A DNA stretch of 64,000 bases from the human T2T-CHM13v2.0 reference genome, Homo sapiens, in the NCBI RefSeq assembly GCF_009914755.1, contig NC_060928.1; one strand, 5' to 3'. The notes below the pieces were generated by a model. It was given only the letters and a program-made list of their open reading frames with translations. It searched no databases and was not told the DNA's origin. Of this stretch, positions 1 to 17,393 are shown in pieces. The stretch's first letter is position 1; each line of letters begins with the position of its first letter. A program made the translations under genes and the position numbers.

Positions 1-375
1 GATTTGTATTTTGCAAATATTTTCTCACAATCTTTTGGCTGCCTTTCCATTTTGTTAATTGTTTCCTTTGCTGTGCAGAAGCTTTTTAGTTTGATGTAGT
101 CCCAATTGCTATTTTTGCTTATGATGCCTAAACTTTTGGTGGGATATCCAAAAAATCATTGCCAAAATTAATATCAAAAACCTTTTTCCCTTATGAAAAT
201 TTATCTAGGAATTTTAAGATTTCAGTCCTTACATTTAGATCTTTAATCCGTGTTGAGTTGATTTTTGTGTAAGGTATAAGAGAAAGGTCTGGTTTCATTT
301 TTATGCCTGTGGATTTCCAGTTTTCTTAACACCATTTATTAAAATGACAGATTTTCCCACTGCATCGTCTTAGTG
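1..375 (-). mobile_element. Old L1M (L1MA/MB-like) ORF2 3'-region fragment, cut by the window edge
   Basis: tttgctgtgcagaagctttttagtttgat and caccatttattaaa are collinear with the antisense ORF2 of the L1 at 6958-7230 in this window. Confidence 0.85.
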
Positions 376-1712
376 GCATATCATCACCATGGTGTTTGGC
401 CTAGTTACTAGACCTTTTTAATTTTCTCTCAGTAACTCAGTTTATCACTTGAGTTAGTTGAACCATTTCACTGCATTTTGAGGTGTCCTATAACAACTGG
501 ATGCACTCACATGAAGGAATGATGGATCCTGCCAACCATGTAAAGGCTCAAGATGATCAGGTTTGTTTAGGTCAGTCTACATCCCAAGTGCTCCCAAGAC
601 TGATACTTCCAAATGGAAAGAAAGATACATATTAAGCATATCCACTTCTGTGCAAAATATAGGGAAACAACTTTTACCAATTACATTTCCTATACATACT
701 AAAGGAAACAAACTTAGAAATATTTGTAATATGTAAAATTATTAAAACACTATTTTATCAAAAGTTTTTCTAAAGAGATATTTTGATTCTCATCTTTCTG
801 TGTTTAATAACCATGCCAAATTTTGCTATTTATAGTCTTTGTGGTGTTCTTTATTGTTAGATTTTTTTTTATTGTTTGGGGAAAACATTATATATTTCTA
901 TGCCTCATCTTTAACTGACTTTTTTTTGCTTCCAAGCAATGGTAACTTTTAATATTAATATTTAAAACTAAGTTGCTTGCCAGTTTTCAGATTTCCAGCA
1001 ATGTTGATATAATTTGTTCCTTTTGCACAAAAATATAGTAGTAGGTGATTTTTAAAGCACATGTTGTAATATCATAATTATAAACCACTGAATCAGCCTC
1101 TTTATTTGGAAATGTAAAAGTTCCAGTACTGGGTAATAGATTTGAGCTTAAAAGCAAGTCAGTAGTGTGTGAATCATTACTTTTTAACCACCAAAAACAT
1201 AAGCTATTATAAAGTGTTTAAATATTTATTTAATAGTATTTTCATGTATATGAGCTAGATAGCTACATAATGCTAAGTATGTATTTGCAGTCTTATAGAA
1301 TACTGTATCACAATAATTAAACAGCAAGTTAAACAGATTTAGAAATTCAAATTAAAGCAACATTTTTCGGAATTGAAGGCATATTTACTTGCTTTTCAGA
1401 GATGTCACTGAGCTTCAAATAATCCTATAACATCTGATTAAGATGCAAGAGATGTCATTTAATCTCATAGGGATATAATGTCATGTATTGTTACAAAACT
1501 TTTATGAAGTATTTCATAGGATGCTAGTTAGTCCAATTAAAGATGGATATTTTTATGGTAATTATTTTCTAATTTTCCTCGAACTTATTTTTAAGAAAAA
1601 TGGAAAATACATCTCATTTATATTTTAGTCAGTTTGGTTTACTTTAACACACAAATAAAATCAAACTTAAATCTTGAGGAAATTATAATCTTTTGCAAAG
1701 TGGAGATTTTTT

Positions 1713-2287
1713 TTATTAGTTATCCATTATGTAACAAATTACCCCAAACTTAGAGGTTTAACACAACAAACATTTGTTAGTTGCTGTACACTAAGAATCT
1801 TAGTATAGCTCAGCTGGCTACATCAAGCTCAAGTTCTTCTAGAAGGCTGGAATCCAAGTGTTGGTTGGGGTTGTAGTCTCATCTGAAGGACTGACTGAGG
1901 GAGGACCTATTTATATTATTCATGTGGTTGTTGTCAGGATTTGATTTCTCATGAGACTATTGGACTGATGGCCTCCCTTGTTTTCTGGTTGTTGACTGGA
2001 GAGCTTCCAAAATTTCTTGCTACAGGGACCTTACCATAAAAGAGCTTATAACATGGCAGCTGGCTCCCATCAGAGCAAACAAGCAAGAAAGCAACAAAGA
2101 GCATGCAAAATGGAAACCACAATCACTTTGTAACTCTTTCTTGGCAGTAAAACTTAATCAATTTGTTGTATTCATTAGAAGAGAGTCATTAAATCTAGTC
2201 TACAGCCCTATTGGAGGGCAATATAAAAATGTATGACTACCAAGAGGTGGGAATTATTAGAAACTGTGTTAAATGCTGTTTATTACA
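1713..2287 (-). mobile_element. MLT1-family (MaLR) solo LTR, MLT1F/G-like
   Basis: tgtaacaaattaccccaaacttag...aacaaacattt, gtctcatctgaagg and acatggcagctggct are motifs typical of antisense MLT1 LTRs. Boundaries approximate. Confidence 0.75.
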
Positions 2288-2435
2288 CTTGTTTAAGACT
2301 TTCTTTGAATTTCTATGACATATAGAAAGAAGAAATTAAAATAAACCCTCATTTGTTGAAATCAGTAAATGATGTTGAAGGAACAATATTTTGTTGCTTT
2401 CAGAAAGTATATTGTTTTATTCACTCAAAGTAGAT

Positions 2436-3120
2436 ACTAAAAATAGAACTACCATATGACACAGCAATTGCACCACTGGGCATATATTCAAAAGAAAGGA
2501 AATCAGTATATTAAAGATATGTCTGCACTCCTTTGTTTGTTGCTACACTGTTTACAATAGTTAAGATTTGGAAGTAACTGAGTGTCCAAATGTGGTACAT
2601 ATACACATGGAGTACTATTCAGCCAAAAAATAGAATGAGATCCTGTCATTTGCAACAACATGAATGAATTTGGAATCACTATGTTAAGTGAAAAAAGCCA
2701 GGCACAGAAAGAAAAACATTGCATGTTCTTACTCATTTGTAGGATCTAAAAATAAAAAACTATTGAACTTATGGACATAGAGTAGAAAGATGGTTACCAG
2801 AGGCTGGGAAGAGTAGTGAGGGCCTCAGGGGGAGGTGGGGATTGTTAATGAGTACAAAAATAGTTAGAAAGAAAGAATAAGACCTACTATTTGATTAGGG
2901 TGACTATAGTCAATAATAATTATATGTTTAAAAATAACTGAAAGAGCTTAATAAGATTGTTTGTAACACAAATGATAAATGCTTGAGGGGATGAAGACCT
3001 CATTATCCATGATGTTATTATTTCACATTGCATGCTTGTATCAAAATATCTCATGTACCCCATAAATAAAATATGCCTATTATATACCCACAAAAATTAA
3101 AAATAAAAAAATTTAAAAAT
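2436..3120 (+). mobile_element. 5'-truncated L1MA-type 3' end
   Basis: ORF2 C-terminal remnant, L1MA-style 3' UTR (gatggttaccagaggctgggaa) and A-rich tail. Candidate TSD aaagtagatact (2427-2438) / aaaatagatact (3116-3127). Confidence 0.9.
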
Positions 3121-4744
3121 AGATACTTAAATTTTCTTTGCTTAAACCTCTTATCTATTTTTGCTTTATCCTTCTCTTTTGAGGGTATAGATTTGTGGAG
3201 GGCAGAATTTGTGTTTCTTAGATTTGTGCTATTTCCTACAAATGCGGTGCTTAATTTGCTTAAATTCCATTGAGGAGCATTTATTTATAGGTCAGAGAGA
3301 CCTACAGAAGTGTTCAACTTCAACATAAACACACCTTCAAGGTCATAATGACCTGCTTTGGAACTTCTCAATGAACTATTGACCATTTTTTAGCTTTCTA
3401 AAGTGCAGAAGGTTGTATTAAGTAGACTATGTTTCAGAGTGAAGAAAGAAATATCTTTAGCTGTGATTAATATAAATTTTCTTTCTTAGAGTCCAGAAAA
3501 ATAATCAGTTTTGTCTACATTTATTTATTTATTAGCTCCCAATCTTCCAGATGAACATTTATAATTTTCCCAAAAGTCAAGGATACAAAGCTAGAGACTA
3601 ATTTGGTTAAACAGGTGATCCATACATTTTCTTTTGTTTGATATTAGTTTTCCCATACTCCAATTTCTTTTCAGCAATCAATTGCTGAAATTTCTTTCAC
3701 AAAATGATAATAATGTCCTTTTTTCTGTCATTAATGTTAGCTGTGGCCCTGTAATTATGGCAAAGATTCCCACAGCCAAGGAAGTCAACTACAAAATATA
3801 GGACCAACTAAATAAGAGCTTCATTAGATTTAGTGTATGTCTCATAGCACAGCTTTATAATTTGAATACAGAGGTTTCCAGACATTGCATTCTGTGACTT
3901 AATATCACTAAATGCTCGTCAATGTGCCTTAATCTGTCTGAAATCTTTGTAATGAGCCTAGATATACTTCCCTAGTAATTAGCACTTAGGAAGGCCAATG
4001 ACTTCTTTTATTATTCATCGTTTCTTGATTTCCATTAGCACAATTAACAGCTGTTCCACCTCAAATGATGAGGATAGTTCCAAACTATTCAATAGATTTA
4101 ATGAAAAAAATCATTATATTTTGTTTGACATGGATATAAAGGATTGAGATTCTTATATGTCTATTACATTTTGAGTGATCATTTAAAAAGTAGATATAAG
4201 TGGTCATGATTTCAAAATTATGATTTTTTTTGCCAATCTGAACAGATTGTAGGTAGAATAATGTTGGTAACTACACTGTCCCCTATGTATATCTTAATAT
4301 AAAATTGAAATTGAGGTAATTGCCAAATACATTATTATTTCATTTTTTACTCATATAATCATATCTGCTTTATGTCTTTTTTTCCTTTACATACTCCAGG
4401 ATTGTGTTTTCATGTGTTTTTCTTTCTCTATATGAGAGTTATATTATCAGACTTTCTTGATATTCTTCGAATGCTATCAGAAGTACCAGTGGGAAATTAC
4501 TATTCTCTAGAATGCAATTAAGAAGCATGAATTTGTTCTCCATTCCCTTTTTTTGTCATTTAGTTTTGTATTTTCCTGGAATTATAACTTACAATGTGTC
4601 TGAACTTTATTACTCTTTTAACTCCTAACATTTAAAATTCTTCCTTGGTGAAGAAATTGGTGAATCCAATGGATTGGAGAGTCTGTTAAGAGTGAAGTTT
4701 TTTTTTTTCTGTTTTTGTTTTGTTTTGTTTTGTTTTTTGGTCAG

Positions 4745-5116
4745 TGTATTAGTTCATTTTCACACTGCTATAAAGATACTACCTGAGACTGGGTAGTTTA
4801 TAAATAAAACAGGTTTAATTGACTCACAGTTCCACATGTCTGGGGAGGCCTCAGGAAACTTACAGTTATGGTGGTAGGCAAAGGAGAAGCAAGCACCATC
4901 TTCTTAAGGCAGCAGGAGACAGAGAGAGCACACAGGCGAAACCGCCAATTTTAAAACCATCAGATCTTGATGAGAACTCTCTCACTATCGCAGAGAATAG
5001 CATGGGGGAAACCACTCCCATGATCCAATCACTTTCCACCAGGTTCCTCCCTTGACACGTGGGGAATTACAATTTGAGATGAGATCTGGGTGGGGATACA
5101 GAGCCAAACCATATCT
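4745..5116 (-). mobile_element. MSTA/THE1D-like MaLR solo LTR
   Basis: Begins tgtattag and ends gagccaaaccatatct. Flanks gtcag/gtccg match 4 of 5 as a TSD. Reverse complement resembles the LTRs at 20157 and 28102. Confidence 0.9.
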
Positions 5117-6197
5117 GTCCGCAAAGAAGTGATTAGAGAGTGAGATACTGATTACTTGGAACTGAGATTTCAGAAATTGTACAGTTACCAGTGATGACAA
5201 TGGCCTTTATCAAAGGAAGTGAATACTTGAGATGGAAGCAAGGATATCCAGAAATCGAGATGTCAGGCACGTATCTCTATTGACACAGAAGTCAATGAGA
5301 AGGCTAATATGAGAGAGAAAAAAGGAGAAAATAGTAGAGCAGTTGCTAAAGTCATAAATAAATAAGGAATTACTGGGTAACTAGGAGATACAAACAATGA
5401 GAAGAGGGAGAAATTGGTATAATCTGGTGTTGTACAATGATTATACATATGGTATATATTTTTCTACAATCCTTCCCAGCAGGGGATAAACGATTAACTC
5501 TGTCATTTCCTGTGTTGTTCCAACAGGCTTTTCTCATTGTGTTACAGCCCCAGGTTTTGCTTTGTGACTATTTCAGGCATATTAAGTATGGAGTAATGCC
5601 AGAAGTTCACAGAATTAAAAGAGAGAAAAAAAAGAAATGACTTATAACAAGAATTCCACTAGGATTTGATACTTTAGTAACAAATTAAATCCTTTTTATA
5701 ATTATGATTTTGATTACTAATTAACCTTTGGATCCCAAAATCTTGGCATCTCTCATTATCTGTCTATTGAAATGCCCCAAACTCACCAATTCAACTCTTC
5801 TGTGGATATTAAACATGTAAGATTAATTACCTAAAAACTCCCAAATGAAACAAACTCAATGACATTTACTGTACCATTCAGCCATTTACTCCTTTTCATC
5901 AATCTTGTAATCCTTCTTGAATCACAATTAAAACCTATAATACGTGAAGATGCTGAAAATTTCAAGCAGCATTTCTTTTCTTATTTTTTATTATTATACT
6001 TTAAGTTTTAGGGTACATGTGCACAATGTGCAGGTTAGTTACATATGTATACATGTGACATGCTGGTGCGCTGCACCCACTAACTTGTCATCTAGCATTA
6101 GGTATATCTCCCAATGCTATCCCTCCCCCCTCCCCCCACCTCACAACAGTCCCCAGAGTGTGATGTTCCCCTTCCTGTGTCCATGTGTTCTCATTGT

Positions 6198-10021
<3,824 letters not shown>

Positions 10022-10084
10022 TATGATGTTAGCTGGTTATTTAGCTTATTGGTTGATGCAGTTTCTTCCTAGTCTCGATGGTCT

Positions 10085-10856
10085 TTACATTTTGGCATGA
10101 TTTTGCAGCAGCTGGTACTGGTTGTTCCTTTCCATGTTTAGTGCTTCCTTGAGGAGCTCTTTTAGGGCATGCCTGGTGGTGACAAAATCTCTCAGCATTT
10201 GCTTATCTGTAAAGTATTTTATTTCTCCTTCACTTATGAAGCTTAGTTTGGCTGGATGTGAAATTCTGGGTTGAAAATTCTTTTCTTTAAGAATGTTGAA
10301 TATTGGCACCCACTCTCTTCTGGCCCCCACTCTCTTCTGGCTTGTAGAGTTTCTGCCAAGAGATCCTCTGTTAGTCTGATGGGCTTCCCTTTGTGGGTAA
10401 CCCAACCTTTCTCTCTGGCTGCCCTTAACATTTTTTCCTTCATTTCAACTTTGGTGAATCTGACAATTATGTGTCTTGGAATTGGTCTTCTGGAGGAGTA
10501 TCTTTGCGGTGTTCTCTGTATTTCCTGAATCTGAATGTTGGCCTGCCTTGCTAGATTGGGGAAGTTCTCCTGGATAATATCCTGCAGAGTGTTTTCCAAC
10601 TTGGTTCCATTCTCCCCGTCACTTTCAGGTACACCAATCAGAAGTAGATTTGGTCTTTTCACATAGTCCCATATTTCTTGGAGGCTTTGCTTGTTTCTTT
10701 TTATTCTTTTTTCTCTAAACTTCCCTTCTCGCTTCATTTCATTCATTTCATCTTCCATCGCTGATACCCTTTCTTCCAGTTGATCGTATTGGCTCCTGAG
10801 GCTTCTGCATTCTTCACGTAGTTCTCGAGCATTGGCTTTCAGCTCCATCAGCTCCT
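10085..10856 (-). pseudogene. L1 ORF1 C-terminal two-thirds, frameshifted
   Basis: ELMELK...QEIWDYVKRPNL...NHAKM. The N-terminus (ATG at 11889, plus strand) is on the inverted piece. A 17-bp duplication at 10304-10337 shifts the frame. Confidence 0.95.
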
Positions 10857-11888
10857 GAGCCAAGATGGCAGAATAGGAACAGCTCCGGTCTATAGCTCCC
10901 AGCGTGAGTGAAGCAGAAGACGGGTGATTTCTGCATTTCCTTCTGAGGTATGGGGTTCATCTCACTATGGACTGCCAGACAGTGGGCACAGGTCAGTGGG
11001 TGCAGTGCACTGTGTGCGAGCTGAAGCAGGGCGAGGCATTGCCTCACTCAGGAAGCACAAGGGGTCAGGGAGTTCCCTTTCCTAGTCAAAGAAAGGGGTG
11101 GCAGACAGCACCTGGAAAATCGGGTCACTCCCACCCGAATACTGCGCTTTTCTGACAGGCTTAAAAAACGGTGCACCAGGAGATTATATCCTGCACCTGG
11201 CTCAGAGGGTCCTACGCCCACGGAGTAGGCGTAGCTGATTGCTACCACAGCAGTCTGAGATCAAACTGCAAGGCAGCAGCGAGGCTGGGGGAAGGGCGCC
11301 CGCCATTGCCCAGCCTTGCTTAGGTAAACAAAGCAGCCCAGAAGCTCCAACTGGGTGGAACCCACCACAGCCCAAGGAGGCCTGCCTGCCTCTGTAGGCT
11401 CCACCTCTGGGGGCAGGGCACAGACAAATAAAAAGACAGCAGTAACCTCTGCAGACTTAAATGTCCCTGTCTGACAGCTTTGAAGAGAGCAGTGGTTCTC
11501 CCAGCACGCAGCTGGAGATCTGAGAACGAGCAGACTGCCTCCTCAAGTGGGTCCCTGACCCCTGACTCCTGAGCAGCCTAACTGGGAGGCACCCCCCAGT
11601 AGGGGCAGACTGACACCTCACATGGCTGGGTACTCCTCTGAGACAAAACTTCCAGAGGAACGATCAGACAGCAGCATTCATGGTTCAAGAAAACCACTCT
11701 TCTGCAGACACTGCTGCTGATACCCAGTCAAACAGGATCTGGAGTGGACCTCTAGTAAACTCCAATAGACCTGCAGCTGAGGGTCCTGTCTGTTAGAAGG
11801 AAAACTAACAAACAGAAAGGACATCCACACCAAAAACCCATCTGTACATCACCATCATCAAAGACCAAAAGTAGATAAAACCACAAAG
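10857..11888 (+). promoter_or_regulatory. L1 5' UTR (internal sense promoter pointing right, antisense promoter pointing left)
   Basis: YY1 core AAGATGGC at 10862-10869 (next base A rather than consensus C). Complete 5' UTR up to the ORF1 ATG. Activity is not shown and many CpGs have decayed. Confidence 0.7.
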
Positions 11889-13914
11889 ATGGGGAAAAAA
11901 CAGAGCAGAAAAACTGGAAATTCTAAAAAGCAGAGCACCTCTCCTCCTCCAAAGGATCGCAGTTCCTCACCAGCAATGGAACAAAGCTGGACGGAGAATG
12001 ACTTTGACCAGTTGAGAGAAGAAGGCTTCAGACGATTAAACTACGAGCTACAGGAGGAAATTTAAACCAAAGGCAAAGAAGTTAAAAACTTTGAAAAAAA
12101 TTTAAACGAATGTATAACTAGAGCATTTCTTAATGATTTAGCATTTGAGTTTTTTGTCAGTGTCCAAAAAACAAGTTGGGAAATAAATTATTTGGCAGAA
12201 TAAAAGAAACCAGGCAAAGTCTTTGTGTTTCGGTGGTTTGTAACTCACTTATAATATGTATGAACTATAGAGACATTCACAAGGATGTGCAATCTTTTAT
12301 CAACAAAACTGGTCGTAATTTCCACTAGGATAATATAAACAGAAAATTTACTAATGAAGAAAAAGAGTAGTATGCTCTCTGATGTTGTTTCTGTATTTAG
12401 AGTTCTTAATGATCTGTTACTGATGATATTTAGCACTTTATTATACCTTAAAAGAGTTTAACATCATTGGAAATGAAACATAGAGAAAGAAAATCTAAGT
12501 AGATGAATTTAACAAAATAATGCTACATAATTTGTGCGTAACATTTACCTCTTATCCTAAGTCTCAAAATCTTATTTTAAAAATAAAACTCGAATTGCCA
12601 AGAACCAATATCTTTGCTTAAGTGCAGTAAGTTTAAATCCCACACTCCCAAGCAAAAATATATTAACAGCCCTAGTGTGAACACATGTATCTGAGAAAGA
12701 TTTTTCCCAAGGAACCATGCTTTTTAAAATTGTATTTAATTTCAAATCCTATTATTCACTTGAAAGTAAAAGGAAATATTGATAACAACATAGTCATTTC
12801 CAGGTTAATGCACAAAAAGAAAACTATGAAGAAACTTACTTTAAGAAATTTCCTCTACCTGTAATTTTTATTTACAATAAGTGGTGTCATGTATGGAAAA
12901 TTTTAACTTGATATATTCCTCAAAAATGATAGATAACAGCAAAAAATGGCAAAGAAAAAACACAATCATCTGGTTGTCTATTTCTTATGGTTACTGTTTA
13001 ATACATGGAAGCAATCATTAAATATTCTGGAAACAGAATAATTTGTTTCATAAACTAGTTTTGGTAACAGTAAAACTGAAGCTTATATATTTTAGATAAA
13101 CAAAGCTGTATGAGAGCCTAACAATTCAAATAAGTCACATAATGGTCTTCTAACATATTGCTAATTTTTCCAATTCTTTGGAATATTTTCCTTTTGTAAA
13201 GTTATATAAAGTGTATGTTTTATATTTTGGCAGGATAGAAATGATGAGCAGGAAGGAAAGATAAATTAATGTATACAATTTTATAGGTTTCCAGAAGGAA
13301 ATTCAGTGCATGTAACTAGGGCCATGGATTCTTATTTTGGTGGCATTAGAAACGTTACTTTTTTGCTCTTGTGTTTAGATTTAAGGTCTATAAATAGGCT
13401 ATTGAACCAAGTGTGACAGAATGAAGTGTTCAGTCCCCTAGTTCCCCACATTCATTTTCTTTTATCCAAATGGAGGAGATGTCTTTTTAATACAACCAAG
13501 TTAAAAGGTAGAGATTTTGTTACCATGATAACCCATCAAGTTCCACTATGAGAGGGTACAATTCTAGCCCAAAAATCCTCTGTTTATATTAAATACCCTT
13601 CACTGAAGAGAGTGAAAAATCTAGGAGCTTTAAGAATCTAAGTTACCTTTTCAGGGACAAAATCATACAGATAAAGGTCTTTATAAGCTTGACCTGAGGG
13701 GAAAAAAAGGCAGGATGGGTGGTAGCAGGAGAGTTGGTTAGAAAAAGACATAGGAAAGCAAAACCTTCAAACAACTTTTATGTGGAGGAATGAGAGAGAT
13801 AAAAGAAAAATTGTGGAGGGGAGGAAATAAGAGAAAAGTGACATTTGAAAGACAATTTGATGAAATCAATTAAGCCGTGTTTTGCACCACTTTTTCCCAC
13901 TCTGTATGAGTTAA

Positions 13915-14286
13915 TGGTATGGACCGAGCTGTGCTCCTTCAAAATACATATGTTGAAGCTCTAACCCACAATGTGATGGTATTTGGACATGGTGCGTTTG
14001 GGAAACAACTGAATTTTAATGAGATCATGATGGTATATCCCTCAGGATGGAATTAGTGCCCTTATAGGAAGAGTCACTGGAGAATATTTTGTTTCTCACC
14101 CCACCCATGCGACAACACAGGCAGAAGGAGGTCATCTGCCAACCAGGAAAAGAGCCTTCTCTAGAAACCAACCATACTAGCACTCTGATCACAGACTTAC
14201 AGCCTCCAGAACTGCGAGAAAATAAATTTCTGTTGTTTAAACCACTTAGTCTATGGTATTTTGTTATGGCAGTACCAGTTAAGACA
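13915..14286 (+). mobile_element. MLT1A-like MaLR solo LTR
   Basis: catatgttgaagctctaaccc, gattagtgcccttata-like motif, cagcctccagaactgcgagaaaataaatttctgttgtttaa, and terminal aagaca. Confidence 0.88.
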
Positions 14287-14544
14287 GTTCCTAGTACATT
14301 AAATGTAAGATTTTTTTCCCTGATAATGCATTAGAGTTATTGTGGGGGAATAAATCAAAAGAACTTACTAATGCTGGTTACAGGGGCTGACTGGTAACTT
14401 CGATACTTCAATAAGTGAAAGTCATCAGCTGCTGTCCTTTTGATTTCAGTGGTGATTGTTTCATTTAGACTTGAAGGCAAGTTCAACTTCAGTCTTCTAG
14501 AGTAGAGGACGGTTCAGAAAAAGAATCCATAGAACTATTTCTAT

Positions 14545-14990
14545 TTGTTTGATAGCACATTTTATTGAGTGCCCACAATGTTCCAAATCCTGTCCTGGGC
14601 GTTGAAGATCTAGCAGTGGCACAAATAACCAAAATCTCTGCCCTTTAGGGTTTACATTCTAGGAGGATATCAACTATAAACTCAGCAAAGATATCTACAT
14701 AGGAAACATTTAAGATGTTAACAAGTGCTGCAGAGAAAGATAAAGCAAGAATTGTGACAGTTGAAGACAGAATTGGATTTAAAATACAGTGGCCAGAAAA
14801 AAAATGAGTCATTTGAGCCAAGTGCTGAAGGAGACTGGGGACACCTGCACAGATCTGGGAGAAGGGAGTCTGAGACATGGGTAACAACAAGGGCAAAGGC
14901 TCAGAAATGGCAGTATAGCTGTGTATGTGCAAATAGTGGGAGCCCAGTGTAGCTGGAGCCCAGTGACGAAGAGAAAATAAGAGAAGTGTT
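14545..14990 (-). mobile_element. L2 3'-end fragment
   Basis: tttattgagtgcccacaatgttccaaatcctgtcctggg and ctgccctttagggtttacattctag are typical antisense L2a. Boundaries approximate. Confidence 0.75.
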
Positions 14991-16435
14991 TGTAGGCATA
15001 TGTGTTGTGTGAGAGAGGAAGGGGTTAGAAAATGGGCTGTGTTAATGTTTTTGTGTTGCATTTTCAAAGTAATGCTCAACTCAACTCAACTCAAATGATA
15101 ATTTCCTGTATCACAATCAATAGAAGACTGCTAATTTCTAGGCAACTTTGGAAGTAAAACTGGGATTTTAACATTTTCATGTTAACAGTTTTTAAACAGA
15201 TGGTTATTTGGTTAACCTGTAGCTCAGAATCCAGGTGCTGTTTTTTAAATAGACAAGAAGGTGCTATTTGAACAAAACCTTTAAGCTCCAATCATTTTGA
15301 CAAAGCAAGGTAAGCCAGAGTTTATATTCAGGACCAAACCTATTCTCTTTGAGGCTGACGATGGTGTCCTCAATCTGTGCAATTTTCTGAATGTGGTTGA
15401 TATAAAATGAAGCAAGAATCTACCTTAACAACATACTCAATACTCCGAATAAATGCTTTACAGTTATCATTAGAAAAAATTTATTTTCAGTCCTTGGGTA
15501 CTGATTCAGGACTTTTAATATACAATTAGAATGTTTCATTGCTAAAGTGGCTATTCCTAATTAATATACTTGTTACAGAACAAAGGTTAGCATTTTAAAT
15601 ATGTATTTGAATTACTTATAATATCTTGAGAATGGAAATATCATTGAGGCAAACAGAAGCAAGGAGGATCTTTCCTCAGCTATAAAACCTGAGAAAGATG
15701 GGTGTGCAGTGGAAGTACTTTTGAGAGGCCTATGTACCTCATTGTTTTTGTGTTTTTTCCCATAAAAAAGTTTTTCAATGATCCTATACCTTATGAAGAT
15801 TTTTTGAAGTATTATGGGAGTTATCTCACTCCAAATTTCACTCTGGATTAGTTTGATGATTATGAATATGTTCAGTATAAAGTTGGAAAAAGACATGAAA
15901 AGGACACATAATAACTTGTACATAGTAACATTTTCTTTTTTGGAGAAAGGCAATAGAGGTATGCACAGTACTAGTATGAGGAAGAGGGCAGCCTGCCCAT
16001 TTTGTGAAATATATCTCAGACCCTACGTCCAGTATTAATTCATGTCATTAAGCCCTCATTATTTCTCACCAAGATTATTTTACTAACATTCTACCTGAAC
16101 ACCCTCCATTTCTATTTCTTGCATTCCTTTAATCCACCCTTTACATCACCATGGAATTCTAATAATAGAATATTTCTTCAAAATCCTACAAAGATTCATG
16201 AGTGGCTCCAGAACAAATTCTGGACTCTAACCTCAAAATCCCAACCTTCATAACCTGGCACAACCCTCTTTTTCCAAGCTAGTTTCCCACTGGCTGGATG
16301 CCTGCCTTAGCCCCTATCTTGTAGTAGTTCTGATTTATTTTCTTTGCCAGTAAATTTGTCATATGCCTAAGATTAGTTGCTCTTCTACATTCGAGACCAC
16401 ATAAATAATTTATGGGGCCTAGTGAAAAATCAAAA

Positions 16436-16680
16436 TGAGTTATTTCACTTAAGACAATAGCCTCCAGTTCCATCCATGTTGCTGCAAATGACACAATTTT
16501 ATCCTTTTTATAGCCAAATAGTATTCCATTGTATATTCATATACTACATTTTCTTTATCCAATCCTCCATTGATGGACAATTAGGTTGATTTCATATCAT
16601 GCCACTGTGAATAGTGCTGTGATAAACATTCGAGTGTAGGTATTTTTTACATAATGATTTATTTTCCTTTGGGTAAATAT
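16436..16680 (-). mobile_element. Old L1 (L1PB/L1MA-like) ORF2 C-terminal fragment
   Basis: Translates on minus as SFAATWMELEAIVLSEI, homologous to the ORF2 C-terminus. Confidence 0.88.
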
Positions 16681-17393
16681 TAAGGAATTGGCTGGAGGGA
16701 ATTAGGGATGGAAGTAGGGCAAGAGAGATGAGAGACGGTTTACATTCTTGCAGCTCTAAAATCATATAACCTAGTCATATTTATTTTGTACGAATAACAA
16801 GTCATCTAGGAAAATCTCTTAGATGTGACATTACCATAGTAGACTCAAAATGTTCACACCTTGATATTTCATTGAAGGCAAAGATACAATAGCAATTGCA
16901 CCATGGGTGTTGGTATGGGTCCAGAGCTTTGCAAGACAGCAATAGAGTTTCTTAAGTAAAATAAGCTTTACACACTCATCTCTGAAAAGATGGATATACT
17001 AAAGATCAGGTACTCTAGATTCTTACTGCTTGGAACAACAATTTAAATTTTCTAATAGTTTTTCTTATAAAGGTCCATCTTGTTATATAATACAGAATGT
17101 CTGGCTATTTAACTTCTACAAAAATGATCCCAATCTATCCTACATTATGGTTTTACTTTGTTGTAGGAATCTGATTTATAAATAACTAGACAGCAGGAAG
17201 AATAGGAAGCAATAGGGAAGGAAGAATGAAATAAGTCTAGTAAGAGGCAAAGAGTGCTAAAAAGATGTGTCTAGGAATAACTCACCTGGAAAGATTGGAT
17301 ATCAAAAGGCAACATTTTTCTTCCCAGTGCTATTGTTCTGATGAGCTTACACATGTATGCACAGTGTAGTCATGCTTAAAAAATTTTTTTTCT

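Noticed and set aside
10243-10863. Apparent fusion ORF across the inversion junction (MAQELMELK...)
   Set aside because: It starts at a TTG allowed only by the ORF caller, adds just a few junction codons to ORF1, and is frameshifted at 10304-10337.
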